This document shows positions 18,453 to 30,193 of a stretch of 64,000 nt of DNA, in pieces. The stretch covers positions 384,001 through 448,000 of the forward strand of contig CAXXRD010000002.1 of assembly GCA_963663895.2 (NCBI GenBank), in the 5' to 3' direction. A model generated the notes under the pieces. The model saw only the letters and a program-made list of their open reading frames with translations. It was not told the origin of the DNA and made no database searches. Source of the DNA: Dehalococcoidia bacterium (lineage in GTDB: Bacteria; Chloroflexota; Dehalococcoidia; Bin125). A program made the translations under genes and the position numbers. Numbering within the stretch: the first letter of the stretch is position 1; every line of letters begins with the position of its first letter.

Positions 18453-19362
18453 GGGACACCTCCTCAATGAATATGTCGTTCAACGACGGCAGCGCCAGCT
18501 CAAAGCGCTCAATGTTGATCCCGGCATCGAGATAGGCGCGGAGAACCGCCTCCGCGGTACCGTCATCCTCAAGCGCATACTCCGTCATCCCGCTGCGCGG
18601 GACCGCCGTGCGACCGGCGGCGAGACTCTCGGGGACGCGCGGGGCCTGTACGAGCACAGCGTTCACGCCCCGTTGCCGCTTGATCTCCGCCAATTCTCCG
18701 AACAACAGCAGGCGTCCGTCCGCAATCAGCGCGACACGATCGCAGAGCTCCTCGACGTCCGACATGATGTGCGTGCTGAACATGATGGTGGCGCCGGCGC
18801 GTTGCCGCTCGTACAGCATCTCCTTCATCCGTTCGACGTTCAGCGGGTCCAAGCCCGAGAACGGTTCGTCCAGAACAATGATCTCCGGGTCGTGGATGAT
18901 GGCGGTGGCGAACTGCACGAGCTGCGTCATCCCACGCGAGAGCGCTTCGACCTTCTTCTTGCAGTGCTCGTCCAGGCTCAGCCGCTGCAGCAGCGCGATC
19001 GCGCGGTCCTCGGCCTCCGCGACGGTCAGCCCCTTGAGACGGCCCAAATAGCGGAGAGCGTCCAGCACCCGGAGCTTGCGCGGCAGCCCGCGCTCTTCCG
19101 GCAGGTAACCCACAGCCCGCAACACGCTCCGGTCGGGGGGCGCGCCCAGGATGCCGATAGAGCCGGCATCGGGCCGGATGATGCCGAGAGCCATGCGGAT
19201 CGTCGTGGTTTTGCCCGACCCGTTGGGGCCCAGGAACCCGAACATCTCACCGCGCCGGACATCAAAGGAGACGCCGTCGACAACGGTGCGCCGACCAAAG
19301 GTCTTGGTCAGATCCTTGACCCGCAGGACGGTCTCGGACGCAGGATGGGAGGAGCCGGTCAT
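18433..19362 (-). CDS. ABC-2 type exporter ATP-binding protein (NatA-like)
   Basis: GPNGSGKTT, LSRGM, LDEPFSGLDP, PSLNDIFI. Start set to ATG 19362. Confidence 0.92.
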   Translation of the reverse strand: MTGSSHPASETVLRVKDLTKTFGRRTVVDGVSFDVRRGEMFGFLGPNGSGKTTTIRMALGIIRPDAGSIGILGAPPDRSVLRAVGYLPEERGLPRKLRVLDALRYLGRLKGLTVAEAEDRAIALLQRLSLDEHCKKKVEALSRGMTQLVQFATAIIHDPEIIVLDEPFSGLDPLNVERMKEMLYERQRAGATIMFSTHIMSDVEELCDRVALIADGRLLLFGELAEIKRQRGVNAVLVQAPRVPESLAAGRTAVPRSGMTEYALEDDGTAEAVLRAYLDAGINIERFELALPSLNDIFIEEVSRARSIS

Positions 19363-19454
19363 CCCCAGAGTCACACTCCCTCTTCCCTCAATCCTACCGC
19401 GAGGGCAGCGAACCAGGAGGCGCTGGGCTCCTAGGGAAACAGTGCAGCGGGCGC

Positions 19455-19916
19455 TTAGCCGGGAGGGAACTGCGTCTTGACCCAACCATCGTGGTAGGGG
19501 GTCATGAAGGCGGGGTTGACCTTGACGTGGGCGAATTTCCATTCGCCGTCCTGCTTGACGTAGCGGTCCTCATAGGTGGCGGCGACGAACATGGGAACGC
19601 CGTCGATCGTGGCGGTCTCCCAGATGTACCACGTGCCGGTGGCTTCGGTGAGGGAGACGAAGTCGATCATGTGGCCGCACATGTAGTGGAGAGCGAAGGT
19701 GAATTGGCCGGAGACTTCGGTGAAGAAGTCCTTGATCTGCTGCCGGCCTTCGAAGCGGCCGAGGGGGCCCATCTCCCAGACGGCGTCCTCGGTGAACATG
19801 GGGGCGAGCGCTTCCGGATCGTAATTGTTATCGCAGTGTGCGGCGTAGACGTTCTTGAGCCGCCGAATCGCTTCGATCTCCTCGAGCCGAAGGATGCGTT
19901 CCTCGAGCGTGGGCAT
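19455..19916 (-). CDS. SnoaL/NTF2-like protein (LinA/BaiE/scytalone dehydratase-like)
   Basis: LEEIEAIRRLKNVYAAHCD, FTEDAVW, ALHY, YEDRYVKQDGEWKF. Confidence 0.85.
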   Translation of the reverse strand: MPTLEERILRLEEIEAIRRLKNVYAAHCDNNYDPEALAPMFTEDAVWEMGPLGRFEGRQQIKDFFTEVSGQFTFALHYMCGHMIDFVSLTEATGTWYIWETATIDGVPMFVAATYEDRYVKQDGEWKFAHVKVNPAFMTPYHDGWVKTQFPPG

Positions 19917-20084
19917 GAGCGGAGCCTCCTCGCCGAATGTTCGCCGATACGCCAAGAAGCCGCAGGCTAGCGAGCGGAAGGGGGATCGACAACGCGTCCG
20001 GGCCCGTGTGGGCGGAGGCCGACTATGGCATACTCACGCGGCGCGCGGGCAGGCAGCGGCGAGCAGCGAGGGAGAGGCACGGCG

Positions 20085-21191
20085 ATGGAGCTCGGCTACT
20101 TTGCGATGCCGCTGCATCCGCCGGAGGCGGATTTCGGCCAGACGATCCGGCACGACATGGATCAGATCGTGCTGCTGGACCGGCTGGGCTATGCGGAGGC
20201 CTGGATCGGGGAGCACTTCACGAGCGCGTGGGAGAACATCCCGGCGCCGGAGCTGTTCATCGCGGAGGCCCTGGCGCGGACGGAGCAGATCAAGTTGGGG
20301 ACGGGGGTGACCTGCCTGCCGAACCACAACCCGTTCCATATCGCACACCGGATCGCGCAGCTGGATCACCAAGCGCGAGGACGCTTCCGCTGGGGGATCG
20401 GTTCGGGAGCGACGCCGCTGGACTTCGACGTGTTCGGAGTCGACGACGAGGAGGGCGAGCACCGGCCCCTGACGCTGGAGACGCTGGAGATGGTGCTGAA
20501 GATCTGGGACGGGCTGCCCCCGGGGACCTACGCGAACAAGTTCTGGCGCTTCACGATGCCGGAGCCGATGGAAGAGCTGGGGTTCTGGGTGCACCTGAAG
20601 CCGTACCAGCAGCCGCACCCGCCAATCGCCGTGGCGGGGCTGACGCTGGGATCGGAGACGCTGAAGCTGGCAGGCGAGCGGGGCTGGATTCCGATGAGCA
20701 TCAATTACGTGCCGCCCTGGGTGCTGAAGACGCACTGGGAGGCCGTGGAAGAGGGCGCAGCACGGGGCGGACGGACGGTGAGCCGGGCGGACTGGCGAAT
20801 CGCGCGGGAGGTGTTTGTGGCGCCGACGTCGGAGGAGGCGCGGGCGGAGGCGGTGCAGGGAACGCTGGCGCGGGACTTCCTGGGCTACTTCCGGCCGATC
20901 TTGGCGAAGTACGGTTTTTTGGAGATCGTGAAGCACGATCCGGCGATGGCGGATGACGAGGTGACGGCGGAGTACATGGTGGATTCGCGGTACTTGGTGG
21001 GGAGTCCGGAGGAGGTCGCCGGGCGGATCCGGAAGCTGTACGACGAAGTGGGCGGGTTCGGGGTGCTGCTGGCAATGGCGCACGAGTGGGAGCCCCGGGA
21101 GAAATGGGAGCGGTCGATGCGGCTGCTGGCCGAAGAGGTGATGCCGATGGTGGCGGATTTGGCGCCGGAGCCGCTGGCGGCGCCTTCGTAA
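20085..21191 (+). CDS. LLM-class flavin-dependent monooxygenase
   Basis: FAMPLHPP, WIGEHF, IKLGTGV, AQLDH, KPYQQPHPPIAVAG. Start ATG 20085. Confidence 0.92.
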   Translation: MELGYFAMPLHPPEADFGQTIRHDMDQIVLLDRLGYAEAWIGEHFTSAWENIPAPELFIAEALARTEQIKLGTGVTCLPNHNPFHIAHRIAQLDHQARGRFRWGIGSGATPLDFDVFGVDDEEGEHRPLTLETLEMVLKIWDGLPPGTYANKFWRFTMPEPMEELGFWVHLKPYQQPHPPIAVAGLTLGSETLKLAGERGWIPMSINYVPPWVLKTHWEAVEEGAARGGRTVSRADWRIAREVFVAPTSEEARAEAVQGTLARDFLGYFRPILAKYGFLEIVKHDPAMADDEVTAEYMVDSRYLVGSPEEVAGRIRKLYDEVGGFGVLLAMAHEWEPREKWERSMRLLAEEVMPMVADLAPEPLAAPS

Positions 21192-21214
21192 GCGCGCAGG
21201 GAAAGGAGCAGGGC

Positions 21215-22297
21215 ATGCGATTGGGCTACTTCATGCAGCCCCTGCATCCACCGGGAGCGGACGTCACCCAGACGTTGCAGGACGACATGGCGCAGATCGT
21301 GGCGCTGGATCGCTTGGGGTTCGAGGAGGCGTGGATCGGGGAGCATTTGACGCTGGAGTGGGAGAACATCACGTCGCCGGAGATCTTCATCGGGATGGCG
21401 CTGGCGAAGACGGAGCGGATCAAGCTGGGGACGGGTGTGAGCTGTCTCCCCAATCATCACCCGTTCTTCTTGGCGCACCGGATCGCGATGCTGGATCATC
21501 TGGCGCAGGGGCGCTTCCAGTGGGGAGTGGGACCGGGATCGACGCCGGGAGACATGGATGCGTTCCAAGTGGACTGGGGCGCGGGGGAGCACTACAAGCT
21601 GGCGCGGGCGACGGTGGAGGCGGTGCTGGATCTGTGGTCGGGAGCGGAGCCGGGCTACTACGGGAACCGCTGGTTCCGGTACAGGGTGCCGGAGCCGATG
21701 GCGGAGGTGGCGTCGCACGTCTATCTGAAACCGTACCAGCAGCCGCACCCGCCGATCGCGGTGGCGGGACTATCGCCGGAGTCGCCGTCGCTGACCTGGG
21801 CGGGGGAGCGGGGCTGGTCGCCGATGAGCATCCAGTACTCCTGTCCGCGGGTGCTGCGGGGACACTGGGCATCGGTGGAGGCGGGCGCGCGCGCGGCGGG
21901 GCGGGTGGCGGCGCGATCGGAGTGGCGGGTGTGCCGCGAGGTGTTGGTGGCGGAGACGAGCGCGGAGGCGCGCCGCCTGGCGCTGGAGGGGGTGCTGCGG
22001 CGCGACTACGAAGACTACAACCTGGTGATCATGAAGCAGTTCGACGCGTTGGGGTTGTTCAAGGACGACCCAGAGCTGCCGGACTCGGCGGTGACGCCGG
22101 AGTTCTTGGCCGACAACATGTGGATCGTCGGGTCGGTGGAGGAGGTGACGGAGAAAATCCGGGCGCTGCACGAGACGGTGGGGGGATTCGGCGTGCTGCT
22201 GGTGCTGGCGCACGAGTGGCAGCCGCGAGAGGCGTGGGAGCGGTCGATGCGGTTGCTGGCCGAAGAGGTGATGCCGCGTTTGCGCGATCTGAGCTAA
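21215..22297 (+). CDS. LLM-class flavin-dependent monooxygenase (tandem paralogue)
   Basis: FMQPLHPP, WIGEHL, IKLGTGV, KPYQQPHPPIAVAG. Start ATG 21215 after AAGGAG. Confidence 0.92.
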   Translation: MRLGYFMQPLHPPGADVTQTLQDDMAQIVALDRLGFEEAWIGEHLTLEWENITSPEIFIGMALAKTERIKLGTGVSCLPNHHPFFLAHRIAMLDHLAQGRFQWGVGPGSTPGDMDAFQVDWGAGEHYKLARATVEAVLDLWSGAEPGYYGNRWFRYRVPEPMAEVASHVYLKPYQQPHPPIAVAGLSPESPSLTWAGERGWSPMSIQYSCPRVLRGHWASVEAGARAAGRVAARSEWRVCREVLVAETSAEARRLALEGVLRRDYEDYNLVIMKQFDALGLFKDDPELPDSAVTPEFLADNMWIVGSVEEVTEKIRALHETVGGFGVLLVLAHEWQPREAWERSMRLLAEEVMPRLRDLS

Positions 22298-22339
22298 GCG
22301 TCGAGACGGAGACGCACAGGGACACACAGGAGGACGGTC

Positions 22340-22708
22340 ATGCCACTGACGGAGCCGCAGCAACATCACAAGGCCTACGAGCGGGCGTTCAACGCGGGGA
22401 ACGCGGACGGGATCCTGGCGCTGTTCGAAGAGAACGGACTGCAGGCGGCGGGAGAGTCGCAGCGGCGGGGAGCGGAGTTCCGGGCGCGGCTGGAGGATCA
22501 GTTCGCGCGGGGGGCGTCGGTGACGGTGAATACGACGCGGGTGTTGGAGGCGAACGGGATCGCGCTGACCCATTCGGCCTGGGAGCTGCGGACGAAGGAC
22601 GACGCGGGGGCGGCGCTGACGCTGACGGGGCACGGGGCGGAGGTGCTGCGGCAACAGAGCGACGGGAGCTGGCTGCTCGTCATCGACGACGCCACCGGAC
22701 CTGTGTGA
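22340..22708 (+). CDS. SnoaL-like / YybH-type NTF2 protein
   Basis: AFNAGNADGILALF...AEVLRQQSDGSWLLVIDD. RBS AGGAGG. Confidence 0.85.
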   Translation: MPLTEPQQHHKAYERAFNAGNADGILALFEENGLQAAGESQRRGAEFRARLEDQFARGASVTVNTTRVLEANGIALTHSAWELRTKDDAGAALTLTGHGAEVLRQQSDGSWLLVIDDATGPV

Positions 22709-22951
22709 CGCCGCTCGAGGGATAGCTCCCCGCCAGCGCGGGGACGCCGGCGGGCGAAGCGGCCGGCGTGTCTATGAACGCGGGTCTTTTCGCCGTGGCG
22801 TGGTGGCGGTCGCTGATGCGGAAGTGGCTTCCCAGCATCCATCGGGCGCTCGTCCCGGAGGGCGATCTCCGGAGCGCTCGCGACTGGTGACTGGAGTACA
22901 AGCCTTTGGAAGCGACGCCGGCTCGCTCTTGTGCATGCCCTTGTGCACGAG

Positions 22952-22967
22952 TAGAACAAGTATTCTA
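22952..22967. promoter_or_regulatory. Putative LexA (SOS) box upstream of recQ
   Basis: TAGAAC-AAGT-ATTCTA is one mismatch from AGAAC-N4-GTTCT and ends 11 nt before the recQ start. It is an AT-rich palindrome in a GC-rich background. Confidence 0.65.
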
Positions 22968-22978
22968 AACTGCGGGGC

Positions 22979-25035
<2,057 letters not shown>

Positions 25036-25039
<4 letters not shown>

Positions 25040-25722
25040 CCGCCGCTGCCGTATTCATAACTCCGTAGCTCATAGCAGGCCCAGCAGTGGGGTTTGCCTT
25101 CCAGGGTCATGCCCCGCACGACCCGGCGGCCGCAGCCGTCGCAGTTTTCGAGATCATCCGTGATGAGACTCAAGACCAAGAGGTCGTTGAGCTGGCCATC
25201 CACGTCCATGGCATGACCGCGCCGGATGACCTCCTGCTCGAAACCCAGCCGGCGAAAGAGGGTGGCCGCGGCCCCCTGATCGACGGTCATTTGGGCGACG
25301 AGCTTCCGTACGCCCGCCTCAAGGGCCGCATCGAAGACGATCTGGAGGAGGGCGGCGCCGAGGCCGCCGCCGCGCATGGACGGGTCGACGAGGACGCGGA
25401 TCTCCCCCACGTGGGCGGTCCAGCGGAGGCGGCCGCGATCGACCGTAGCGTAGCCGATGATCTCGTCCTGGAAGAGCGCGGTGATGGCGGCAGCGCTTCC
25501 CCGCGCCACGTTCGCGAGCCAATCATCGACATCGCCGGGATCGGTGATGTCGCGCCGCAGGAAGCGGAGGTCGTGCGCGGGCAGTCGCCGGGCGAAGCGG
25601 AGAATCGCATCCCCGTCGGCGCTGCCGAGCGGACGCAAGATGACTTGGCGGTTCGCGAAGACGACCGAGCCGCTCGGACGGCGGATGATGATCGGTGGCG
25701 TGGACTTGACGGCTTCGGGCAC
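25036..25722 (-). CDS. GNAT acetyltransferase with C-terminal CxxC...CxxC Zn-finger
   Basis: VLVDPSMRGGGLG acetyl-CoA motif, LFRRLGF. Tail CDGCG...CWAC...YGSGG. Confidence 0.85.
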
Positions 25723-25860
25723 GGCGACAGGCCCTAAACGCTACGGAACCTCAACGGAGTCGCAGGATAGAGGAAAAACCCCCGATCTTGTCGATTATGT
25801 CGAATTTCTCTTCCGCGGTGCCCGCTTGCCGCCTCCCATCGTGTCTCGCGATCTTCGCCG

Positions 25861-26862
25861 CTAGCGATCGGCGGGATGCAGAACCAGCGCCGGGGCGATG
25901 CCGCTCCGCACGACGGTGTCCGTGACGCTGCCGGCGACGATCTCGGTCATGGGGCGCCGCGAGTGCGTCGCCATCGCCACGAGATCGGCTTGGACGTCGC
26001 CCAGATAGTCCGTGATGAGCTGCGCGGGCTCGTCTCCATGGAGCACCGTGGCCTGGGCGTTGTCGGGGAAGCCTTCGAGGTCGGCATCCAGTTCCAGGTG
26101 CGCCGTTTGGCCGACGCGTTCGACGGCCTGCGTGCGCGGCTCAATGACGTGATCATGTCCCACGTCCGAGCGGAAGTCCCGACGCTCGTCGTCAAGGGTC
26201 TGCCGGAATCCCGGCACGGCGCCGGCGCGACGGTGACGCAGCACCGTCGCTTTGATCTTGCTGTCGTCCAGAACGCGGATCAGGTGCGTCTCCGCGTCCG
26301 TGGCCTGGGCCAGCTGCCGCGCGGCGGGGAGGATGGAGCGGGAGAAGTGGCTGCCGTCGATGCAGACGACCATGGTCGGCCGATCTCCCCGAGGCCAAGC
26401 GGCCGCGTCATGGGAAGCGGACGGGTGGAAGAGGATGACGGGCGCCACACCGCTGCGAACGACGCCGTGAGCCACGCCCCCGAAGAGCAGCTCGCCGATC
26501 GGACGCCGCGAGTGGGTCGCCATGGCGATAAAGTCGACCCCTTCAGCACGCGCGGCGGCGACGATCATGCGCGAGGGATCGTCCGCATCCGGTACCAGGG
26601 AAGTGCCGCCGTTGGGGAAGTCCCTGAGCTCGGCTGCGAGCTCGTCGTGGATTTGATCGCGCGTGCGGGTGGTGACGTCAGGGTCGCGCGGCTCGGGCCC
26701 CATGAACGCCAGCCCGGCTGCAGCCGGGATCGCATAGGGCGCCGGCTCCAGTCCTCGCAAGAGGACGGCCTCGAAATCCCCCCGCTTCGCGATCCCACGC
26801 GCGATCGGCAGGATGGAGCGGGAGAGCCCGGAGCCATCAAGGCAAACCAGCATGCGTTTCAT
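25861..26862 (-). CDS. Tandem-domain universal stress protein
   Basis: Two copies of LVCxDGS...SILP and AMATHSRRP...G(G/S)V motifs. Confidence 0.9.
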   Translation of the reverse strand: MKRMLVCLDGSGLSRSILPIARGIAKRGDFEAVLLRGLEPAPYAIPAAAGLAFMGPEPRDPDVTTRTRDQIHDELAAELRDFPNGGTSLVPDADDPSRMIVAAARAEGVDFIAMATHSRRPIGELLFGGVAHGVVRSGVAPVILFHPSASHDAAAWPRGDRPTMVVCIDGSHFSRSILPAARQLAQATDAETHLIRVLDDSKIKATVLRHRRAGAVPGFRQTLDDERRDFRSDVGHDHVIEPRTQAVERVGQTAHLELDADLEGFPDNAQATVLHGDEPAQLITDYLGDVQADLVAMATHSRRPMTEIVAGSVTDTVVRSGIAPALVLHPADR

Positions 26863-27162
26863 GACGTTCCCTCCTTCGCTACGCGCACCCCATCAGGGCT
26901 GCAGGTTCGCACATCCGCAAGCTCCGCGTCGCCGCCGAAGCCAGTGAGTGAACCCGCAGCGGGGCCGCTTCCTCGTTCCACGACGGTATGGGCCGCCGCT
27001 GCATTGAAAGGTGGAGTGGTTGATTCATCCCTGCGTCATCCTTGAGGGTCGCCTACTGGATCCAGCGTATTCTGGGCGTCCCGGCTGTCAAGATTGTGAT
27101 GGGAGAGACTAGCTGCGGACCGGCTTCTGCTTGCGCTGCCGGACTGCGAGCCGGGGCAAGCC

Positions 27163-28191
27163 TTAGAGGTCTTTGCGCCAGTCGCCGGCGGGGACGAGGG
27201 CGCGGGCGGCGGGGAGGACCTCGGCACCGAACCGCTCGATCTGGTCGCGGAGCTCGTCCGGGTCGCCGCGGGGGCATTCGAAGAAGCAGACGAAGTGGGC
27301 GTAGCCGTTGGCAGCGAAGGCGGCGATATCGTCGAGGACCTGCTCGGGAGAGCCGACGCCGAGGCGGCGGCCGGGCTCTTGGGCGTCGGGATGGGCAGCG
27401 TCGAGAAGGCGGATGGAGACCGTGGCCTGCATGGCGAACTCCGCCGGATCACGGCCAGCGCGATCGAGCTCGCGTCGGGCCTCGTCTTGGAGGTATTGGT
27501 AGCGGCCGGGCGTAGCGTTGACGTCGAGGAAGGTCATGTAGAGGCCGTCACAGCAGCGGGCGGCGCGGCGGGCGCCGGCAGGGACGACGCCACCGAAGAC
27601 GATGGGCGGATGGGGTTTTTGCAAGGGCTTGGGATCCATGGAGAGGTTAGTGAAATCGTAGTGATCGCCGTGGAACTCGACGACGTCGTGGGTCCAGCAG
27701 CGCTTGTAGATCTCGATGCACTCTTCCGTAATGGCGCCGCGCTGCTCGAAGGGGCGGCCGACGACATCGAACTCCTCGCGCATCCAGCCGGCGCCGACGC
27801 CGAGGATGAGGCGTCCGCCGGAGAGGATGTCGAGGGTGGCGAACTGGCGAGCGTCGCTGAGGGGCGGACGATACGGGGCGATGAGAACGGAGGTGGCGAG
27901 CTTGAGACGTTGGGTGCTGGCGGCGACGGCCGCCATGGTGACGGCGGCGTCCATCATCGTGTGCCGGGGGCGGTAGGCGCGGGTACCGGAGATGTTGGCT
28001 TTGTGGCTGCTCTTGGATTCGATGGGCATGAAGAGATGATCGGCGAACCACATGGAGTCGAAACCGAGCTCCTCGCAGCGCCGGGCGTTGTCGATGGTGC
28101 GCATCTGCTCGGGCGGGAGATCGTGCATGAGGTGGTTGAGCGCGTCGCGGTGATGGAGACCGTGAGTATCGGCGTAGAGGCCAATGCGCAT
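27163..28191 (-). CDS. LLM-class F420-dependent oxidoreductase (Rv2161c-like)
   Basis: WFADH, ATLDILSGGRLILGVGAGWMREEF, PKPLQKPHPPI. Confidence 0.9.
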   Translation of the reverse strand: MRIGLYADTHGLHHRDALNHLMHDLPPEQMRTIDNARRCEELGFDSMWFADHLFMPIESKSSHKANISGTRAYRPRHTMMDAAVTMAAVAASTQRLKLATSVLIAPYRPPLSDARQFATLDILSGGRLILGVGAGWMREEFDVVGRPFEQRGAITEECIEIYKRCWTHDVVEFHGDHYDFTNLSMDPKPLQKPHPPIVFGGVVPAGARRAARCCDGLYMTFLDVNATPGRYQYLQDEARRELDRAGRDPAEFAMQATVSIRLLDAAHPDAQEPGRRLGVGSPEQVLDDIAAFAANGYAHFVCFFECPRGDPDELRDQIERFGAEVLPAARALVPAGDWRKDL

Positions 28192-28324
28192 CTTGATTCG
28201 TCCTGTCCGTGCGGCGCCCGGTTCACGCGGCAGCGCCGGGTCGGTTGACGGCCTGCAAGGTGGAGACCATCCTAGCGCCCGCCACAGGGCGCAGGCGGAC
28301 TGCGCGCCGGCAGAGGGAGCTGTG

Positions 28325-28756
28325 ATGGTCCAGATCTATGACGAGTTGCCGTTGGGTTCGGTCGATTTCTCGAAGCTGGAGGGGGATACATACAAGTTCG
28401 TGAGCCGGTTCGGGACGGGACGGCTGTACCCGATCGTGAACTCCAACGACTGCTGGTCGTGCTACGAGGAGTTCCGCAAGGAGGACGGCGCCTTCGAGTG
28501 GCCGGCCTGGTATCCGGAGATGCACTACGTGGTGCGGGGAACGGCGCACATCGAGTATTCCCTGCCGCCGTTGCATACCACCGTGCAGACGGCGGACGTG
28601 AAGCCGGGGGACGTCTACCTGATGCCAAAGGGGTCGTACTTTCATTGGGAGGTGACGAGCGATGAGCCCTTCGGGCACGTGGTGACGGCGAGCCCGAGTC
28701 CGTTCACGGACGGGGACGTGTACCAGCTGCGCTACGAGCCGCCGGGGGTCGAGTAG
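28325..28756 (+). CDS. Cupin-domain protein (EutQ-like)
   Basis: EMHYVVRG...VKPGDVYLMPKG cupin motifs. Start ATG 28325 after GAGGGAG. Confidence 0.75.
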   Translation: MVQIYDELPLGSVDFSKLEGDTYKFVSRFGTGRLYPIVNSNDCWSCYEEFRKEDGAFEWPAWYPEMHYVVRGTAHIEYSLPPLHTTVQTADVKPGDVYLMPKGSYFHWEVTSDEPFGHVVTASPSPFTDGDVYQLRYEPPGVE

Positions 28757-28774
28757 GCGGGAGGAGGCAGGCCG

Positions 28775-30034
28775 ATGCACGAGCCGATGCAAGCGCGGAC
28801 GGAGGCCGGGAGGCGCTATGTGGCGCTGATGGAGGAGCACGCGGCCGATTTCGCGCAGCGGGCCGCGCAGCACGATCGGGAGGGGAGCTTCCCGCTGGAG
28901 AACTTCGAGGCGCTGCAGCGGAGCAAAGCGATGGCGGCGATGGTGCCGAAGGAGTTCGGGGGGCTGGGGGTGGAGCGCGTGTTCGACATGGTGACGGGGA
29001 TATCGCGGCTGGGGCGGGGGGACGGATCGACGGCGATCGCGGCGAACATGCACATATCGGGCGGGCTGATCGTGCGGATGGATCGGGAGGCGGCGCGCCG
29101 GCGGGGCGATACGGCGACGGTGGAGGCGCTGGAGGAGCTGCTGCGGGAGATCGGGTCGGGAAGCGTCACGTTCTCCTTGCTGGGGACGGAGTCGGGGACC
29201 GATCAGCTGCACCCGCAAGTGACGGCGACGCGGACCAAGGGCGGGTACCTGATCAATGGCCGGAAGATCTTCGGGACCGGGTCGCCGGCGGCGAATCGGT
29301 TCTTCACGTTCCTGGGAGTGCAGTCGCCGGAAGGGGAGCAGCAGATCGCGGGAGTGATCTTGCCGCGGGGACTGGAGGGGATGGAGATCCAGGACAACTG
29401 GGACGCGCTGGGGATGCGGGCGTCCGGGAGCAACGATGTCGTGTTCCGGGATTGCTTCGTTTCGGACACGCAGTTCGCGGGGGCGCTGCGGTTGATCTGG
29501 GGGGAGTGGAGTCCGCCCTGGTTCCACTTGATCATCCCGGCCAACTTGGGGCTGGCGGCGGTATTCTTCGGGATCGCGGAGGCGGCGCGGGACCACGTGG
29601 TGGCGCAGGTGATGACGCGGACGAAGAAGCCCAGCGGCCGGACGCTGGCCCAGCGGCCGACGATCCAGCATTGGATCGCGGAGATCGAGATCGCACGGAT
29701 CACGGCGCAGTCGATGCTGGAGGCGTGCGCGGAGCGCGTGGATGCGTTTTACGCGGCCAATCCGCCGGGAACGGACGTGCCGTTCGATGACCTTCATCAG
29801 CTCAACAAGCTGTTTCAGGTGACGAAGAACGTCGTGACGAGCCGGGCGGTCACGGTGGTGGACAAGGCGATGACGGCGTCCGGGGGATCAGGGTATCTGA
29901 GCGGGAGTCCGCTGTCGCGGTGGTACCGGGACGTGCGGGCGGGGCCGATCATGCAGACGTACTCGCCGAATGAGCAGTACGAGTACATCGCGCGGGCGAC
30001 GCTGGGACTGTCGATGAACGAGATGACGTCTTAG
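28775..30034 (+). CDS. Acyl-CoA dehydrogenase-fold flavoprotein (DszC/SfnB-like monooxygenase subgroup)
   Basis: HDREGSFP, INGRKIFGTGS, WDALGMRASGSNDV, RWYRDVRAG. Confidence 0.88.
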   Translation: MHEPMQARTEAGRRYVALMEEHAADFAQRAAQHDREGSFPLENFEALQRSKAMAAMVPKEFGGLGVERVFDMVTGISRLGRGDGSTAIAANMHISGGLIVRMDREAARRRGDTATVEALEELLREIGSGSVTFSLLGTESGTDQLHPQVTATRTKGGYLINGRKIFGTGSPAANRFFTFLGVQSPEGEQQIAGVILPRGLEGMEIQDNWDALGMRASGSNDVVFRDCFVSDTQFAGALRLIWGEWSPPWFHLIIPANLGLAAVFFGIAEAARDHVVAQVMTRTKKPSGRTLAQRPTIQHWIAEIEIARITAQSMLEACAERVDAFYAANPPGTDVPFDDLHQLNKLFQVTKNVVTSRAVTVVDKAMTASGGSGYLSGSPLSRWYRDVRAGPIMQTYSPNEQYEYIARATLGLSMNEMTS

Positions 30035-30193
30035 GGTCTCCCCTCTCCCGTCCCCAAGCCCGAGGGAGGCGTACTCAGCCGAGGGAGCGGGCCCGCTGCC
30101 CGCTCCCGGCGTCAGCCGCTTGATCGAGAGGGCGCTTCCCGCGACGGTCTCCGCGGAGGCGGCCGCCGACGGTGGTTGCCCTAGAAGGGCTCT

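Noticed and set aside
26879-27028. Possible 49-aa minus-strand ORF upstream of the USP gene
   Set aside because: No recognisable motif or codon bias; cannot be supported.
30083-30107. GC-rich hairpin GGGAGCGGG...CCCGCTCCC after the ACAD-like gene
   Set aside because: No U-tract and no second copy noticed, so not called a terminator or REP.
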